Shown piece by piece: positions 31,201 through 40,923 of a DNA stretch of 64,000 bases (its first letter is position 1; each line of letters opens with the position of its first letter). Position numbers and translations under genes: made by a program. This DNA comes from Bacteroidales bacterium. GTDB taxonomy: Bacteria; Bacteroidota; Bacteroidia; Bacteroidales; BM520. Location of the stretch: assembly GCA_050953245.1 (NCBI GenBank), contig JBMNMG010000003.1:111908-175907 (forward strand). The letters run 5' to 3'. A model generated the notes under the pieces. It was not told the DNA's origin and did no database searches. It worked only from the letters and a program-made list of their open reading frames with translations.

Positions 31201-31748
31201 ATATACTTTTCAAGTAAAAAATCAGTTAATAATTTATTTTCACCCAATTTTAAAAATAAATTATTAACCGCTTTTTCTATTAATCCATTAAAATCCAAAT
31301 ATGGTTCAACACTATCATTTACACCCAAGTAATAAGCAAAACTTTTAATAATCCTAAAAGAAAAACTATCAATAGTTGAAATGGAAAAATTAGAATAATC
31401 ATGTAAAATATTAGATAAACATCTTTGAGCTCTTATTTCGATTTCATTCTCATTTAATTGAGTCAAATTTTTTATTTCCATTAAATGATATTTTACAATG
31501 TCTTTATCTTGATTGTTGTTTATATCACTTAAATGGATTAAGCTGTTTATTATTCTATTTTTCATTTCCGCAGCTGCTTTATTGGTAAAAGTAACTGCTA
31601 AAATAGACTTATATTTATCTTTATCTTGTATTTTAGGATGATTCTTGTTTTTTAACAAAAGAGTTAAAAATTTGTTTACAAGTAGAGTAGTTTTTCCTGA
31701 TCCTGCAGAGGCATTTTTGACTTCTAAATAGGTGGGTGTTCTGTCCAT
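28281..31748 (-). CDS. UvrD/AddA-like ATP-dependent helicase with C-terminal PD-(D/E)xK nuclease
   Basis: ASAGSGKT, VTFTNKAAAEMK, IDEFQDT, VGDAKQAIYRWR, TIHKAKGLEF, YVACTRA; C-terminal G..LH...RADRI...IDFKTG. Confidence 0.9.
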   Translation of the reverse strand: MDRTPTYLEVKNASAGSGKTTLLVNKFLTLLLKNKNHPKIQDKDKYKSILAVTFTNKAAAEMKNRIINSLIHLSDINNNQDKDIVKYHLMEIKNLTQLNENEIEIRAQRCLSNILHDYSNFSISTIDSFSFRIIKSFAYYLGVNDSVEPYLDFNGLIEKAVNNLFLKLGENKLLTDFLLEKYIYFINDNEKNFNSIKTSLLDIGYLLGNDSISENLRKGYIQNNLNTDLQEAITFIKNKILELENAIKKQTNKAIKIIKNKGLEVDDFKGKGSGILGKLEKFKKNNYDINKLEHSKRTESLLDYNNYSNDDEEKYSGWLNKPSSEIIDVESFSKELYELVNNIFRIKSELMEYNMIYSNLYPLTLLKQIDEEIEIIKENENILPVGEFNRKISEVVSKSHAPFIYERIGNRFENIMIDEFQDTSKLQWGNLSPLVDNSRAQGQENLIVGDAKQAIYRWRDGDVKQFIDLQKEFPSNLDENSTNYRSCYNIIEFNNQLFTFLGNSLCDDYKEKVYSKNLVYQNIPNNKPKGYVNIKFLKKDDYNTSTCRTVYNTIVDLVENKGYKYSDITIIVRTAKNGRDIANYIIEQNNNIKIISADSLLLKSSEQITTLVSFFKIIGNLSDKKDIYNVISFIGNNKNISFNNFIYKNIPKNDSHNNKNDSHNNKIDSHKNILIKFLKENDLNFDINNLNKLSPLEICNNALKNFDMDMDIYVNSLLNVIQKNNNLSLTDLISLLDDELKNSSITLSKSENALQIMTIHKAKGLEFPIVIFPFTDNIDSTKGKKGKLFLENKVLDIKEKLPYVLINKKDDLQDTIFKDDYNDEIEKDKLDNINLFYVACTRATNALFILGKELSDNKIKYISKHQENSIQFGDMKFSLNDNLFTFCKYGVNTESIEIKEINKLNNATNLDESEKDIDDLFCEFEIGKNTLLASDNLKNSKGPDNFLEKNLDKNDSISINKNNKNNILKNYANNWNNKLLVAISIEHLMLINDIKHFLGENYEKYFGDISKNKKHTPPTDETIYGNQLHNILSKIKTKDDLQYYIDNLEEEPYRIVENNQIIKDTLYSILNDEILCTTLFEYNKLYIEKDMSDADGNLYRADRILVKDGKTLVIDFKTGKENARQHKEYQKQINKYCDILKQVGFHNVEGKIIYL
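29740..29795. repeat. 21-bp tandem repeat (~2.7 copies) inside the helicase CDS
   Basis: TGTGAATCAATCTTATTATTG / TGTGAATCATTTTTATTATTA / TGTGAATCATTTTT, encoding KNDSHNN-KNDSHNN-KIDSHKN. Confidence 0.85.
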
Positions 31749-31767
31749 TTATATTAATTTTTTATTG

Positions 31768-31884
31768 CAAATATAATTAATAATTATGTTTTATTTTATA
31801 GCAATATCTTGATTGTTTATTAATATTATGTTGAAAACATTTATTTAAATAATTGGAATAATTATTTTATTAAATGTAAATTTG
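31768..31884. promoter_or_regulatory. Divergent -7 elements for the helicase (-) and the bifunctional nuclease unit (+)
   Basis: TATATTTG on the minus strand at 31768-31775; TAAATTTG on the plus strand at 31877-31884. Confidence 0.5.
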
Positions 31885-31907
31885 CATAAAAACATTAGTT
31901 AGCTATT

Positions 31908-32531
31908 ATGGTAGAAGTCTATGTTGATAAATTACATAGTAATAGTAATTCAGAAGTATTTACATTAGTTTTAAAAGAACTAAACGGCGTTAATGAAATC
32001 CCAGTCAATATTGGCAAATATGAAGCTTTTAATTTGCTAACTATATTAAAAAACAGTAATCAAATTAAACCTACTACACATCAATTGTTTACAGAGTTTA
32101 TTGTAAATTCTAATGTTAAAATGGTAAAAGTAGTTATTGTTTTTTATTCTATTAATTTAGATCTATTTACTTCTGTAATATATTTTGAAAAAGAGAATGG
32201 AGATCAATTTACTTTAAATTCAAGATTGTCTGATGCTGTAGCCCTTGCTGTTAATAATAATTCTAAAATTTATTGTGAAGAGTCTGTTATAGAAAAAGTT
32301 TCAATTAATAATACAAAATTTTTTAGTAAGAACTCAAATTCGATAAATAATACTTATTATAAGGCTTTTTACAATAATCCTATTTCGAACACTAATAACG
32401 GACTAATTAGTTTATCTACGGAAGAGTTGAATGATAAAATTAACCTGGCTGTAAAAGAAGAAAATTATGATTTAGCTGCAAAATACCGAGACGAACGAAA
32501 TAAAAGAATTAATTATGAAGATAAAAAATAA
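31908..32531 (+). CDS. Bifunctional nuclease family protein (DUF151) with C-terminal UVR motif
   Basis: IPVNIGKYEA, PTTHQLF, SRLSDAVALA; C-terminal AVKEENYDLAAKYRDE. Confidence 0.8.
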   Translation: MVEVYVDKLHSNSNSEVFTLVLKELNGVNEIPVNIGKYEAFNLLTILKNSNQIKPTTHQLFTEFIVNSNVKMVKVVIVFYSINLDLFTSVIYFEKENGDQFTLNSRLSDAVALAVNNNSKIYCEESVIEKVSINNTKFFSKNSNSINNTYYKAFYNNPISNTNNGLISLSTEELNDKINLAVKEENYDLAAKYRDERNKRINYEDKK

Positions 32532-34086
32532 AAAACTCAAAAATATTGCAATAATACTTCTTGTTTTTAGTGGTATTTTAGTTATAACGGGAGCTATATC
32601 ATTAACTTTTAACCCATTATATTCTCAAAATGAAGACAACTCAGTTCTTTCACAAGGTTCAGATATTAGTATCCCTAATGACACATTAAAAGCATCTGAT
32701 ACACTGTATATTAGTGCAGATACTACAAGTAACACTTTAGTTGAAGATAAAACTAATGAGCTAGCGGATGTTGTATCCAATCTCAATAATTCTATGGGAA
32801 AAATTAGTTTATCCAATATTTTAAGAGCTGTTTTAGGGATTATTGTAATACTTTTTATTTGCTGGTTATTGAGTACCAATAGAAGAGCTATTAAGTGGAA
32901 ATACGTTATTTTAGCCTTATTACTCCAAATTATCTTAGCATTATGTATTATTTATATTCCATTTGTTGCTAAAATATTTGAGTTTTTTGGGAAAATATTT
33001 ATTTACATAAGTTTATCTGCAGAACAAGGGACTGTTTTTTTATTTGGAAAATTAGTAAATTTTGAACAAATTGGATACATGTTTGCTTTTAAAATTCTTC
33101 CTACTATTATTTTCTTCTCTGCTCTTACAAGTTTGTTGTTTTATTGGGGAGTTATTCAGGTAATTGTGAGGTTTTTAGGATTTATATTTACAAAATTTTT
33201 AGGTCTTTCAGGTGTAGAAAGTTTGTCCTTAGCAGGTAACATATTTTTAGGTCAAACTGAAGCTCCACTTGTAGTAAAAGCTTACTTAGATAAAATAACA
33301 GATTCGGAATTGTTTTTAGTTATGGTAGGCGGGATGGCTACTATGGCAGGAGGAGTTTTAGCTGCATATATTACTATGTTAGGAGGTAACGATTTTAATG
33401 CTCAAGTTTTGTTCGCAAAACACTTATTGGCAGCTTCAGTAATGGCAGCACCAGCTGCAGTTGTAACGGCAAGAATATTAGTACCGCAAACTGAAACAAT
33501 AAATTACAATATTAAAGTATCGAGAAATAAAAAAGACACTAATACATTAAATGTAATTTCGGAAGGAGCAATAGAAGGAATGAAATTAGCAGCTAATATT
33601 GCTGCTATGCTTTTAGTGTTTATTGCCTTAATTGCTTTAACTAATTATATTTTAGGTTTTATTGGCAGATGGACAAATTTAAATACATGGATAGTAAATC
33701 ACACATCATATAATTCTTTTTCATTAGAATTTTTATTAGGATATGCTTTATCTCCATTAATGTGGTTATTAGGTGTTCCATCTTCAGATATAATGTACTT
33801 AGGACAATTATTAGGCGAAAAGACCATATTAAATGAATTTGTTGGATATAGTAGTTTAAAAACTATGATTATCAACAATATGTTACAACCAAAATCTATA
33901 ATTATGGGGGTATATTTATTATGTGGCTTTGCAAATTTTGGTTCAATAGGAATCCAAATTGGAGGAATTGGACAATTAGCACCTAACAAACGTAAATTAC
34001 TAGCTAAATTTGGTGTTAGAGCTCTGATGGCTGCTGCAATAACAGCATTGTTATCTGCAACTATAATGGGAGCTTTATTAGGTTAA
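32515..34086 (+). CDS. NupC/NupG (CNT) family Na+-dependent nucleoside transporter with N-terminal extension
   Basis: FAFKILPTIIFFS, NIFLGQTEAPL, GMATMAGG, KTILNEFVGY, CGFANFGSIGIQIGG. Confidence 0.92.
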   Translation: MKIKNKKLKNIAIILLVFSGILVITGAISLTFNPLYSQNEDNSVLSQGSDISIPNDTLKASDTLYISADTTSNTLVEDKTNELADVVSNLNNSMGKISLSNILRAVLGIIVILFICWLLSTNRRAIKWKYVILALLLQIILALCIIYIPFVAKIFEFFGKIFIYISLSAEQGTVFLFGKLVNFEQIGYMFAFKILPTIIFFSALTSLLFYWGVIQVIVRFLGFIFTKFLGLSGVESLSLAGNIFLGQTEAPLVVKAYLDKITDSELFLVMVGGMATMAGGVLAAYITMLGGNDFNAQVLFAKHLLAASVMAAPAAVVTARILVPQTETINYNIKVSRNKKDTNTLNVISEGAIEGMKLAANIAAMLLVFIALIALTNYILGFIGRWTNLNTWIVNHTSYNSFSLEFLLGYALSPLMWLLGVPSSDIMYLGQLLGEKTILNEFVGYSSLKTMIINNMLQPKSIIMGVYLLCGFANFGSIGIQIGGIGQLAPNKRKLLAKFGVRALMAAAITALLSATIMGALLG

Positions 34087-34149
34087 TTAGTAAATTTAAT
34101 AATTTATTATTTCATATCAAAAAAATAAAACATATTATATTCTTTAAAA

Positions 34150-34944
34150 ATGAAGCAATATTTAGATTTATTAGATAGAATTTTAAAAACAGGAAACGAA
34201 AGAAAAGATAGAACAGGAGTAGGTACAATTGGGGTATTTGGACATCAAATGCGTTTTGATTTAAGTGATGGATTTCCATTATTAACTACGAAAAAACTTC
34301 ATCTTAAATCTATAATTTACGAATTATTATGGTTTCTAAGAGGCGATAGCAATATTGAGTTTTTAAATGATAATAAAGTTTCTATTTGGAACGAGTGGGC
34401 AGATGAAAATGGAGATTTAGGACCTATCTATGGCGTTCAGTGGCGTAAATGGAAAGCAAACGATGGAAGGGTAATAGATCAAATTGCAGAAGTTGTAGAA
34501 TCATTACAAAAAGACCCTTTTTCGAGACGTCATATAGTGTCGGCATGGAATGTCGGAGATTTAAAATATATGGCATTACCACCATGTCATTTATTATTCC
34601 AATTTTATGTTGCAAATAATAAATTATCATGTATGCTTTACCAACGAAGTTGTGATGTGTTTTTAGGTGTCCCTTTCAATATTGCATCATATTCACTCTT
34701 AACATTAATGATGGCGCAAGTAACCGGTTATGAACCCGGTGAGTTTATTCATACTTTAGCTGATGCTCACATATATTCAAATCATATAGAACAATGTAAA
34801 CTTCAATTAACAAGAAAACCGTATGGTTTGCCAAATATGGTTTTAAATAAAGATGTAAAATCAATATTTGATTTTAAATATTCGGATTTTACATTGGAAA
34901 ATTACATTGCACATCCTCATATAAAAGGTGAAATAGCAGTTTAA
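34150..34944 (+). CDS. thyA: Thymidylate synthase
   Basis: [42 protein letters not shown]. Confidence 0.98.
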   Translation: MKQYLDLLDRILKTGNERKDRTGVGTIGVFGHQMRFDLSDGFPLLTTKKLHLKSIIYELLWFLRGDSNIEFLNDNKVSIWNEWADENGDLGPIYGVQWRKWKANDGRVIDQIAEVVESLQKDPFSRRHIVSAWNVGDLKYMALPPCHLLFQFYVANNKLSCMLYQRSCDVFLGVPFNIASYSLLTLMMAQVTGYEPGEFIHTLADAHIYSNHIEQCKLQLTRKPYGLPNMVLNKDVKSIFDFKYSDFTLENYIAHPHIKGEIAV

Positions 34945-35038
34945 ATTCAATGATGTTTTTTTAGAATAATATTTATTATTATTTAAGATTTAATCTAATT
35001 TAATTGAAATTCAATAATCTGAATTAAAAAATTTAGAT

Positions 35039-35046
35039 TATATTTG
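35039..35046 (+). promoter_or_regulatory. -7 promoter element for ffh
   Basis: TATATTTG 20 nt before the ATG. Confidence 0.55.
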
Positions 35047-35066
35047 CAGTTAAAATAAAAATCTTT

Positions 35067-36404
35067 ATGTTTGAAAATTTAAGTGATAGGCTAGAGAGGT
35101 CCTTCAAGAATTTAAAAGGACAGGGATATATTACAGAAGTAAATGTTGCAGAAACAATTAAAGATGTACGTAAAGCTTTATTAGAAGCAGACGTTAGTTA
35201 TAAAGTTGCAAAAAGTTTTACTGATACTGTTAAAGAAAAAGCTTTAGGTCAGAAAATTTTAACTTCAGTTTCACCAAGTCAGTTATTAGTTAAAATAGTT
35301 CATGAGGAGCTAACACAACTAATGGGCTCCGAAGCTGAACAAATCAATATTAAAGGTAATCCTGCAATAGTTTTAGTTGCTGGGTTACAAGGTTCCGGTA
35401 AAACAACTTTTTCTGCTAAATTAGCTCATTATTTAAAAACTAAAAAGACAAGGAAACCTTTATTGGTAGCTTGTGATATTTATCGTCCGGCAGCTATAGA
35501 TCAATTAAAGGTTTTAGGTGAGTCTATAGGAGTAGAAGTGTATTCCGAGCCGGAAAACAAAGACGCTGTTAAAATAGCAAAAAATGCCATTAAATACGCA
35601 CGTGAAAATTCTTTTGCTGTTGTAATAATAGATACTGCAGGTAGATTGGCAATAGACGAAATAATGATGAATGAAATTGCTTCTATTAAAAAGGAAGTAA
35701 ACCCCACTGAAACATTATTCGTAGTAGACTCTATGACAGGTCAGGATGCTGTTAATACTGCAAAGGCATTTAATGAAAAAATTGATTACGATGGCGTAGT
35801 CCTAACAAAATTAGATGGTGATACTCGTGGTGGTGCAGCTTTAACAATAAAAGCAGTTGTAGATAAACCAATTAAGTTTGTTGGAGTAGGAGAAAAAATA
35901 GATGCATTAGACGTGTTCTATCCCAAACGTATGGCAGATAGAATCTTGGGTATGGGTGATATTGTTTCGTTAGTGGAAAAAGCTCAAGAACAATACGATG
36001 AAGAGGAAGCCCGAAAATTGCAAAAGAAAATTGCCAGGAATACTTTTGACTTTAATGACTTTTTAGATCAAATAAAGCAAATTAAAAAAATGGGCAATAT
36101 TAAGGATTTAATGGGCATGATACCTGGAATGAGTAAAATGGTAAGAGACTTGGATGTAGATGATGATGCATTTAAAGAAGTAGAAGCTATTATTTATTCG
36201 ATGACACCTGAAGAAAGAGAAAATCCTGTAATAATAAATGGAAGTCGCAGAAAAAGAATAGCAGATGGTAGTGGAACTACTGTTCAATCTGTAAATCAAT
36301 TACTAAAACAGTTTTCCGAAACAAAAAAAATGATGCAGATGATAACCAATAACAAAGGAAAAGTTAGTATGATGAAAGCTATGAGAAATATGCGTCAGTT
36401 TTAA
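35067..36404 (+). CDS. ffh: Signal recognition particle protein Ffh
   Basis: [23 protein letters not shown] and a Met-rich M domain. Confidence 0.98.
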   Translation: MFENLSDRLERSFKNLKGQGYITEVNVAETIKDVRKALLEADVSYKVAKSFTDTVKEKALGQKILTSVSPSQLLVKIVHEELTQLMGSEAEQINIKGNPAIVLVAGLQGSGKTTFSAKLAHYLKTKKTRKPLLVACDIYRPAAIDQLKVLGESIGVEVYSEPENKDAVKIAKNAIKYARENSFAVVIIDTAGRLAIDEIMMNEIASIKKEVNPTETLFVVDSMTGQDAVNTAKAFNEKIDYDGVVLTKLDGDTRGGAALTIKAVVDKPIKFVGVGEKIDALDVFYPKRMADRILGMGDIVSLVEKAQEQYDEEEARKLQKKIARNTFDFNDFLDQIKQIKKMGNIKDLMGMIPGMSKMVRDLDVDDDAFKEVEAIIYSMTPEERENPVIINGSRRKRIADGSGTTVQSVNQLLKQFSETKKMMQMITNNKGKVSMMKAMRNMRQF

Positions 36405-36470
36405 CTTAAATCCTACAAATTAAATTAATTATTATACAAAAGTCATATTAAACACTTTAAATTAGAATAT

Positions 36471-37349
36471 ATGAAATTAATAGATGGTAAAGTAGTTGCT
36501 GATTCAATAAAACATGATTTAAAACAAGAAGTATCCAACTTAATTGAAAAAGGCTTGCGCACACCACATTTAGTAGTTATTAATGTTGGCGATGATCCTG
36601 CAAGCTTATCTTATGTTAAAAGTAAAGATAAAGCATCTAAATCCGTAGGTTTTACATCAACATTGTATCAATTAGAAAACAATACTTCTCAAGAACAACT
36701 CTTGGAAATTATTGACTATCTAAATAAAGATGACGAAGTAGACGGATTAATTGTACAACTTCCATTGCCAAAACATATTAATGAAGATGTTATAGTTAAT
36801 GCAATAGATCCATGTAAAGATGTTGATGGATTCCATCCTGAGAACATTGGGAAAATGGTTCTTGGTCTAGATACATTTGTACCTGCAACACCTTTAGGAA
36901 TAACAAAATTGATAAAATATTACAATATTGAAACTTCCGGAAAGCATTGTGTTGTTTTAGGTAGAAGTCATATTGTGGGAACTCCTATGGCCATTTTATT
37001 GTCTCGTAATACAGAATTTGCTAATTGTACAGTTACTTTATGTCATAGTAAAACTAAAAACATTAAAGAAATTTGTTTACAAGCGGATATCATTGTGGCC
37101 GCGGTAGGTAAGCCTCATTATTTAACTGAAGATATGGTTAAAGAAGGTGCAGTTGTAATTGATGTTGGTATTTCTAGTGTGAAATCTGATAAAACAAAGT
37201 CCGGTTATGCGATTACAGGAGATGTTGATTTCGAAAATGTTGCAAAAAAATGTTCATATATTACACCTGTTCCAGGCGGGGTAGGACCTGTGACAATTGC
37301 AGGTTTACTATATAATACTTTGAAAGCTTATCGTTGTAGGACTAAATAA
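36471..37349 (+). CDS. folD: Bifunctional methylenetetrahydrofolate dehydrogenase/cyclohydrolase
   Basis: VQLPLP, KDVDGFHP, PATP, GRSHIVG, TPVPGGVGP. Confidence 0.97.
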   Translation: MKLIDGKVVADSIKHDLKQEVSNLIEKGLRTPHLVVINVGDDPASLSYVKSKDKASKSVGFTSTLYQLENNTSQEQLLEIIDYLNKDDEVDGLIVQLPLPKHINEDVIVNAIDPCKDVDGFHPENIGKMVLGLDTFVPATPLGITKLIKYYNIETSGKHCVVLGRSHIVGTPMAILLSRNTEFANCTVTLCHSKTKNIKEICLQADIIVAAVGKPHYLTEDMVKEGAVVIDVGISSVKSDKTKSGYAITGDVDFENVAKKCSYITPVPGGVGPVTIAGLLYNTLKAYRCRTK

Positions 37350-37355
37350 TAAACC

Positions 37356-39320
37356 ATGCGTTTAAGAAAATGCATAATTTTTATTTTTATCACTCTAAAT
37401 AGTTTTTTTGTCTTTAGCCAGAATTATGATTATTCTCCAAATAAAAAGGCAAAAAAACTTTACTCTCAAGCTCAAAAAAAATATACTACCTTTAATTTAA
37501 AAGATGCTCTAGGCAATTTAGAGCAAGCTGTCCAAATAGATCCTCAATATAGAGATGCTTATATTTTTTTAGCTGATCTGCAGATAGAACTTGCTGATTA
37601 TTGTAATGCTGCATTAAATCTGTCTAAAGCCTTAAATTTATATAATAATCCTAAAGAAAAACTTCTAATGAGAGTAGGGTTATTATATAATGCTTGTGGA
37701 AATTATTTAGAATCCTCTGATTATATAAACCAATATTTACAAAATAATCTATCTGTAGGATCAGAAAAATTATTTTTAGATTCTATTTTAGAAGTAAATA
37801 AAAATGCATTGAGGCTACAAAATCGAACGTATATAATTTCATTAGTTAATTTAGGTGATTTGGTCAATTCTATTCAGAATGAGTATGTTACAACAATTTC
37901 TTCAGATGAAACAGAAATTTATTTTACCCGTAGGTTTGTTGATACTGTTAGCATTGGAGGAATATTATATCCAAAAACAATCAAGGAAATTCCATATATA
38001 GCATTTAAAGATCCTGATACAAATTTATGGAATAAGGTTATGCCTATAGCAGACACCTTTCCTAATTTAGCAGGTATTAGTTCTGTGTCTGTATCCCCAG
38101 ATGGTAATTTTATGTTTTATTCCGGATGTAATTTCCAAAACAGCTTAGGAAGTTGCGATATCTATTATTCAATAAGAACAGAAGAAGGGTGGTCCGATCC
38201 CATAAACTTAGGAAAAAATGTAAATACTCAATACTGGGAATCTCAACCTTATATGTCTTCTGATGGGGTAACTTTATTCTTTGTTAGTAATAGACCTGAT
38301 GGATACGGTGGCTCGGATATTTGGTATACTAAATTGTTAAAAGATGGTACCTTTTCTAAAGCTAAAAATTTAGGAAATAGGATAAATACACCTAAAGATG
38401 AGTTTTCTCCATTTATTCACTTTAATGCCAACACGTTATATTTTGCATCTGATGGGTACAACGGAGTTGGTGGATTCGACATTTATAAAGTAAACCTATT
38501 AGATAAAAACAGTAAACCACAAAATTTAGGCGTGCCAATAAATAATGAATCTGACCAACAATGCTTTGTAGTTAATCCAAATGGTAATTTAGGCTATATA
38601 TCCTCCAAATCACCAAATGGAGAAGATTTAGATATATACTCTTTTGAACTCCCTGAAGAAGTAATGCCGGAACCTGTAGACTGCTACGAAGGTATAGTAT
38701 TAGATGCTAAAACAAATCTGCCAATCGAGAATGCATCAGTCCAACTGTTCGGTTTAACCAAGACATCAACTTCTACGACTTTAAGTGATACTTCAAATTA
38801 TGCAGTAAAGTATTCTATTAACACCCCTGTAGACGGCAAGTTTTATATGTGTTTTGAAAAAGGTTTAGACATAGGTATATCTGTACTCAAAAAGAATTAT
38901 TTTTTATACTCAAATATTATAAATTCTAATGAAATTAAAAGAACGCAAGTAATTTATTTAACTCCTATTGAAGATGGAGGCTCTTTTGTAGCCAAAAATA
39001 TTAACTTTGAAATAGATAGCTACGTTCTCAGTAATGCTTCATATTTAGAAATTGATAGAATCTATGATATGTTAATAAACAATCCTGAAGTATCGTTAGA
39101 AATTAGAGGACATACGGATAATACAGGGACTGAAAAATATAACATAACTCTCTCCCAAAACCGAGCCAACACGGTGATGGAATCCCTTATCAATAAAGGA
39201 ATAAACCCAAACAGATTAACTGCAAAAGGATATGGTGCAAGCAAACCTATTGCAACAAATGAAACAGAAGATGGAAGAAGAGAGAATCGTCGCACGGAAT
39301 TCTTCATTAAAACCCATTAA
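37356..39320 (+). CDS. TPR + PD40 repeat + OmpA-like peptidoglycan-binding protein (PorE-like architecture)
   Basis: N-terminal TPR-like helices, repeated NLG..INT..E.P motifs, C-terminal GHTDNTG...LSQNRA...NRRTEF. Confidence 0.88.
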   Translation: MRLRKCIIFIFITLNSFFVFSQNYDYSPNKKAKKLYSQAQKKYTTFNLKDALGNLEQAVQIDPQYRDAYIFLADLQIELADYCNAALNLSKALNLYNNPKEKLLMRVGLLYNACGNYLESSDYINQYLQNNLSVGSEKLFLDSILEVNKNALRLQNRTYIISLVNLGDLVNSIQNEYVTTISSDETEIYFTRRFVDTVSIGGILYPKTIKEIPYIAFKDPDTNLWNKVMPIADTFPNLAGISSVSVSPDGNFMFYSGCNFQNSLGSCDIYYSIRTEEGWSDPINLGKNVNTQYWESQPYMSSDGVTLFFVSNRPDGYGGSDIWYTKLLKDGTFSKAKNLGNRINTPKDEFSPFIHFNANTLYFASDGYNGVGGFDIYKVNLLDKNSKPQNLGVPINNESDQQCFVVNPNGNLGYISSKSPNGEDLDIYSFELPEEVMPEPVDCYEGIVLDAKTNLPIENASVQLFGLTKTSTSTTLSDTSNYAVKYSINTPVDGKFYMCFEKGLDIGISVLKKNYFLYSNIINSNEIKRTQVIYLTPIEDGGSFVAKNINFEIDSYVLSNASYLEIDRIYDMLINNPEVSLEIRGHTDNTGTEKYNITLSQNRANTVMESLINKGINPNRLTAKGYGASKPIATNETEDGRRENRRTEFFIKTH

Positions 39321-39347
39321 AATCTCTTAATAACAGAACAGTTTGTA

Positions 39348-39365
39348 GGATTCCTAAAGGGATGC
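39348..39365. repeat. Degenerate short palindrome, candidate REP remnant
   Basis: GGATTCCTAAAGGGATGC is two changes from the perfect hairpin GCATCCC-TAAA-GGGATGC; GGGATGCAATC recurs at 41701. Confidence 0.35.
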
Positions 39366-39556
39366 AATCGATTTCAGATTTGCAAATAACTTCTACAATA
39401 ACCAAACATTTTCATGTTTTTTTCAAGTAAAAAACAAAAAACTGGTTCAAATAATTGTATTTTTCATTTTAGATGAAAGAAATCAGTTACATTCTTCTAC
39501 AATAAATCATTTTCAATGAAAATTAAAATATGTTTTTTGGGATTTTTTTAGTCATT

Positions 39557-39585
39557 GGACATACGAATGGCTGTTCGTCTCTAAA
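39557..39585 (-). repeat. Degenerate REP-like hairpin downstream of the RAYT-like gene
   Basis: The minus strand reads TTTAGAGACGAACAGCCATTCGTATGTCC with an ACGAA/TTCGT stem. It resembles GTAG-type REP hairpins (recalled, not searched). Confidence 0.35.
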
Positions 39586-39772
39586 CCGAATTTTTGATGT
39601 GAGTAGTGTAAGTGCTTAATGACTATTGTATCGTTATTATTACCGCAATATTACTATAATTAATAATAATTTTACCAATAGTTTTGATAATTATATTATT
39701 TGTAATTAGTTGATTGTAAGCCTACTCTGTACTTATTAAATATGGTTGTGTCAACATATTTTTTCAATCAAA

Positions 39773-40477
39773 CTAATCAATTTGATAAGCATTATGGTCT
39801 ATATCCTTACGCTCATGTAAATAAATAAAGTTCTTAATGTCACCGAATAAACCATAAAAATCAAAATAGCGCTTATTTAAATTCTTAATATAATTTGGAT
39901 TTAAAAAATCGTTATAAGAGCACCATTCATAATCCTTATAGCTTATTCGGGGGTTGTGGTGGGTGACATTAGTGTTTACATAGATTATACAATTACGTAA
40001 GTACACTGGAGATGAAATCCTCTTACGCTTAAAATTTTTTCTAAACAAACTGCCAGATCTATCATATTTTTTATTAAAGTAACTTGCATATTGGGAAAAG
40101 AATATTCTAAGTTTTTCACTTATGATACGCGAGGCGATATATGCTTGAGACTTGCCTTCATCAATGAACTTCTGAGCAAACTTAGCTATATCTTCATCCA
40201 CTTCTGTTAGTTTAAGAATTTTACCCGTGCTTTTAAGCTTTATAACAATATGAAAGTGATTAAATAATAAGGCGTGGCAATAGACGTAAGCCACAGGCTC
40301 CAAATAATGTTTGATTTCATTTATAAACTTCTCACGATCTCGTCGGTCATGAAAAATAATTTCACCGTTGTTCCCTTGATTGTAGATATGGAAATCTTCT
40401 AAGGGAAACATAAGTTCTACCTTACTATTACCTTGATCCTTATGGATGCGTTTACGAGGCTTTTTGCGTGGTTTCAT
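39773..40477 (-). mobile_element. REP-associated tyrosine transposase-like (RAYT / IS200-type Y1 HUH) gene
   Basis: FHIYNQGNN.E.IF, HUH motif NHFH, YASYFNKKYDRSGSLF and candidate catalytic Tyr in CIIYVNTN. ATG at 40477 is preferred over 40531. Confidence 0.8.
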
Positions 40478-40923
40478 GCCTTCGTTAACAAGATTTTTTA
40501 ATTTTTGTAATTTCAAAAATTTCAACTGCATAATGATAAATTTTAAATGTTAATACTTAAGAGCAAATTGCTCCTCTCTTTATCATTAATCCTTAAAAGA
40601 TTAAAATGTCAGCATTTTTAACATTTAAATTTTAAATTATTTTTCCTACGGAATATTTTAATGGCAGCTGAATAATCAATTAAAAATTGATTGAAATTTT
40701 AAGTAAGAGAATAAGAGATAAATTTAATTTAAAATTAAAATAAACTAGAATTGAACATGTTATGCACAGTTAAATTTTCATGCAAATTAGAATAATTCTA
40801 AATAAGGTGCCGATAGAATCCCATTATCTAATTAGAATTGTTCTAAATAACAAGTCGATAGAATCCCTTTTAAAGAATCCCCTTAAAATCTCTCTTAAAA
40901 AAGATTTTGATAGTATCTTACAA

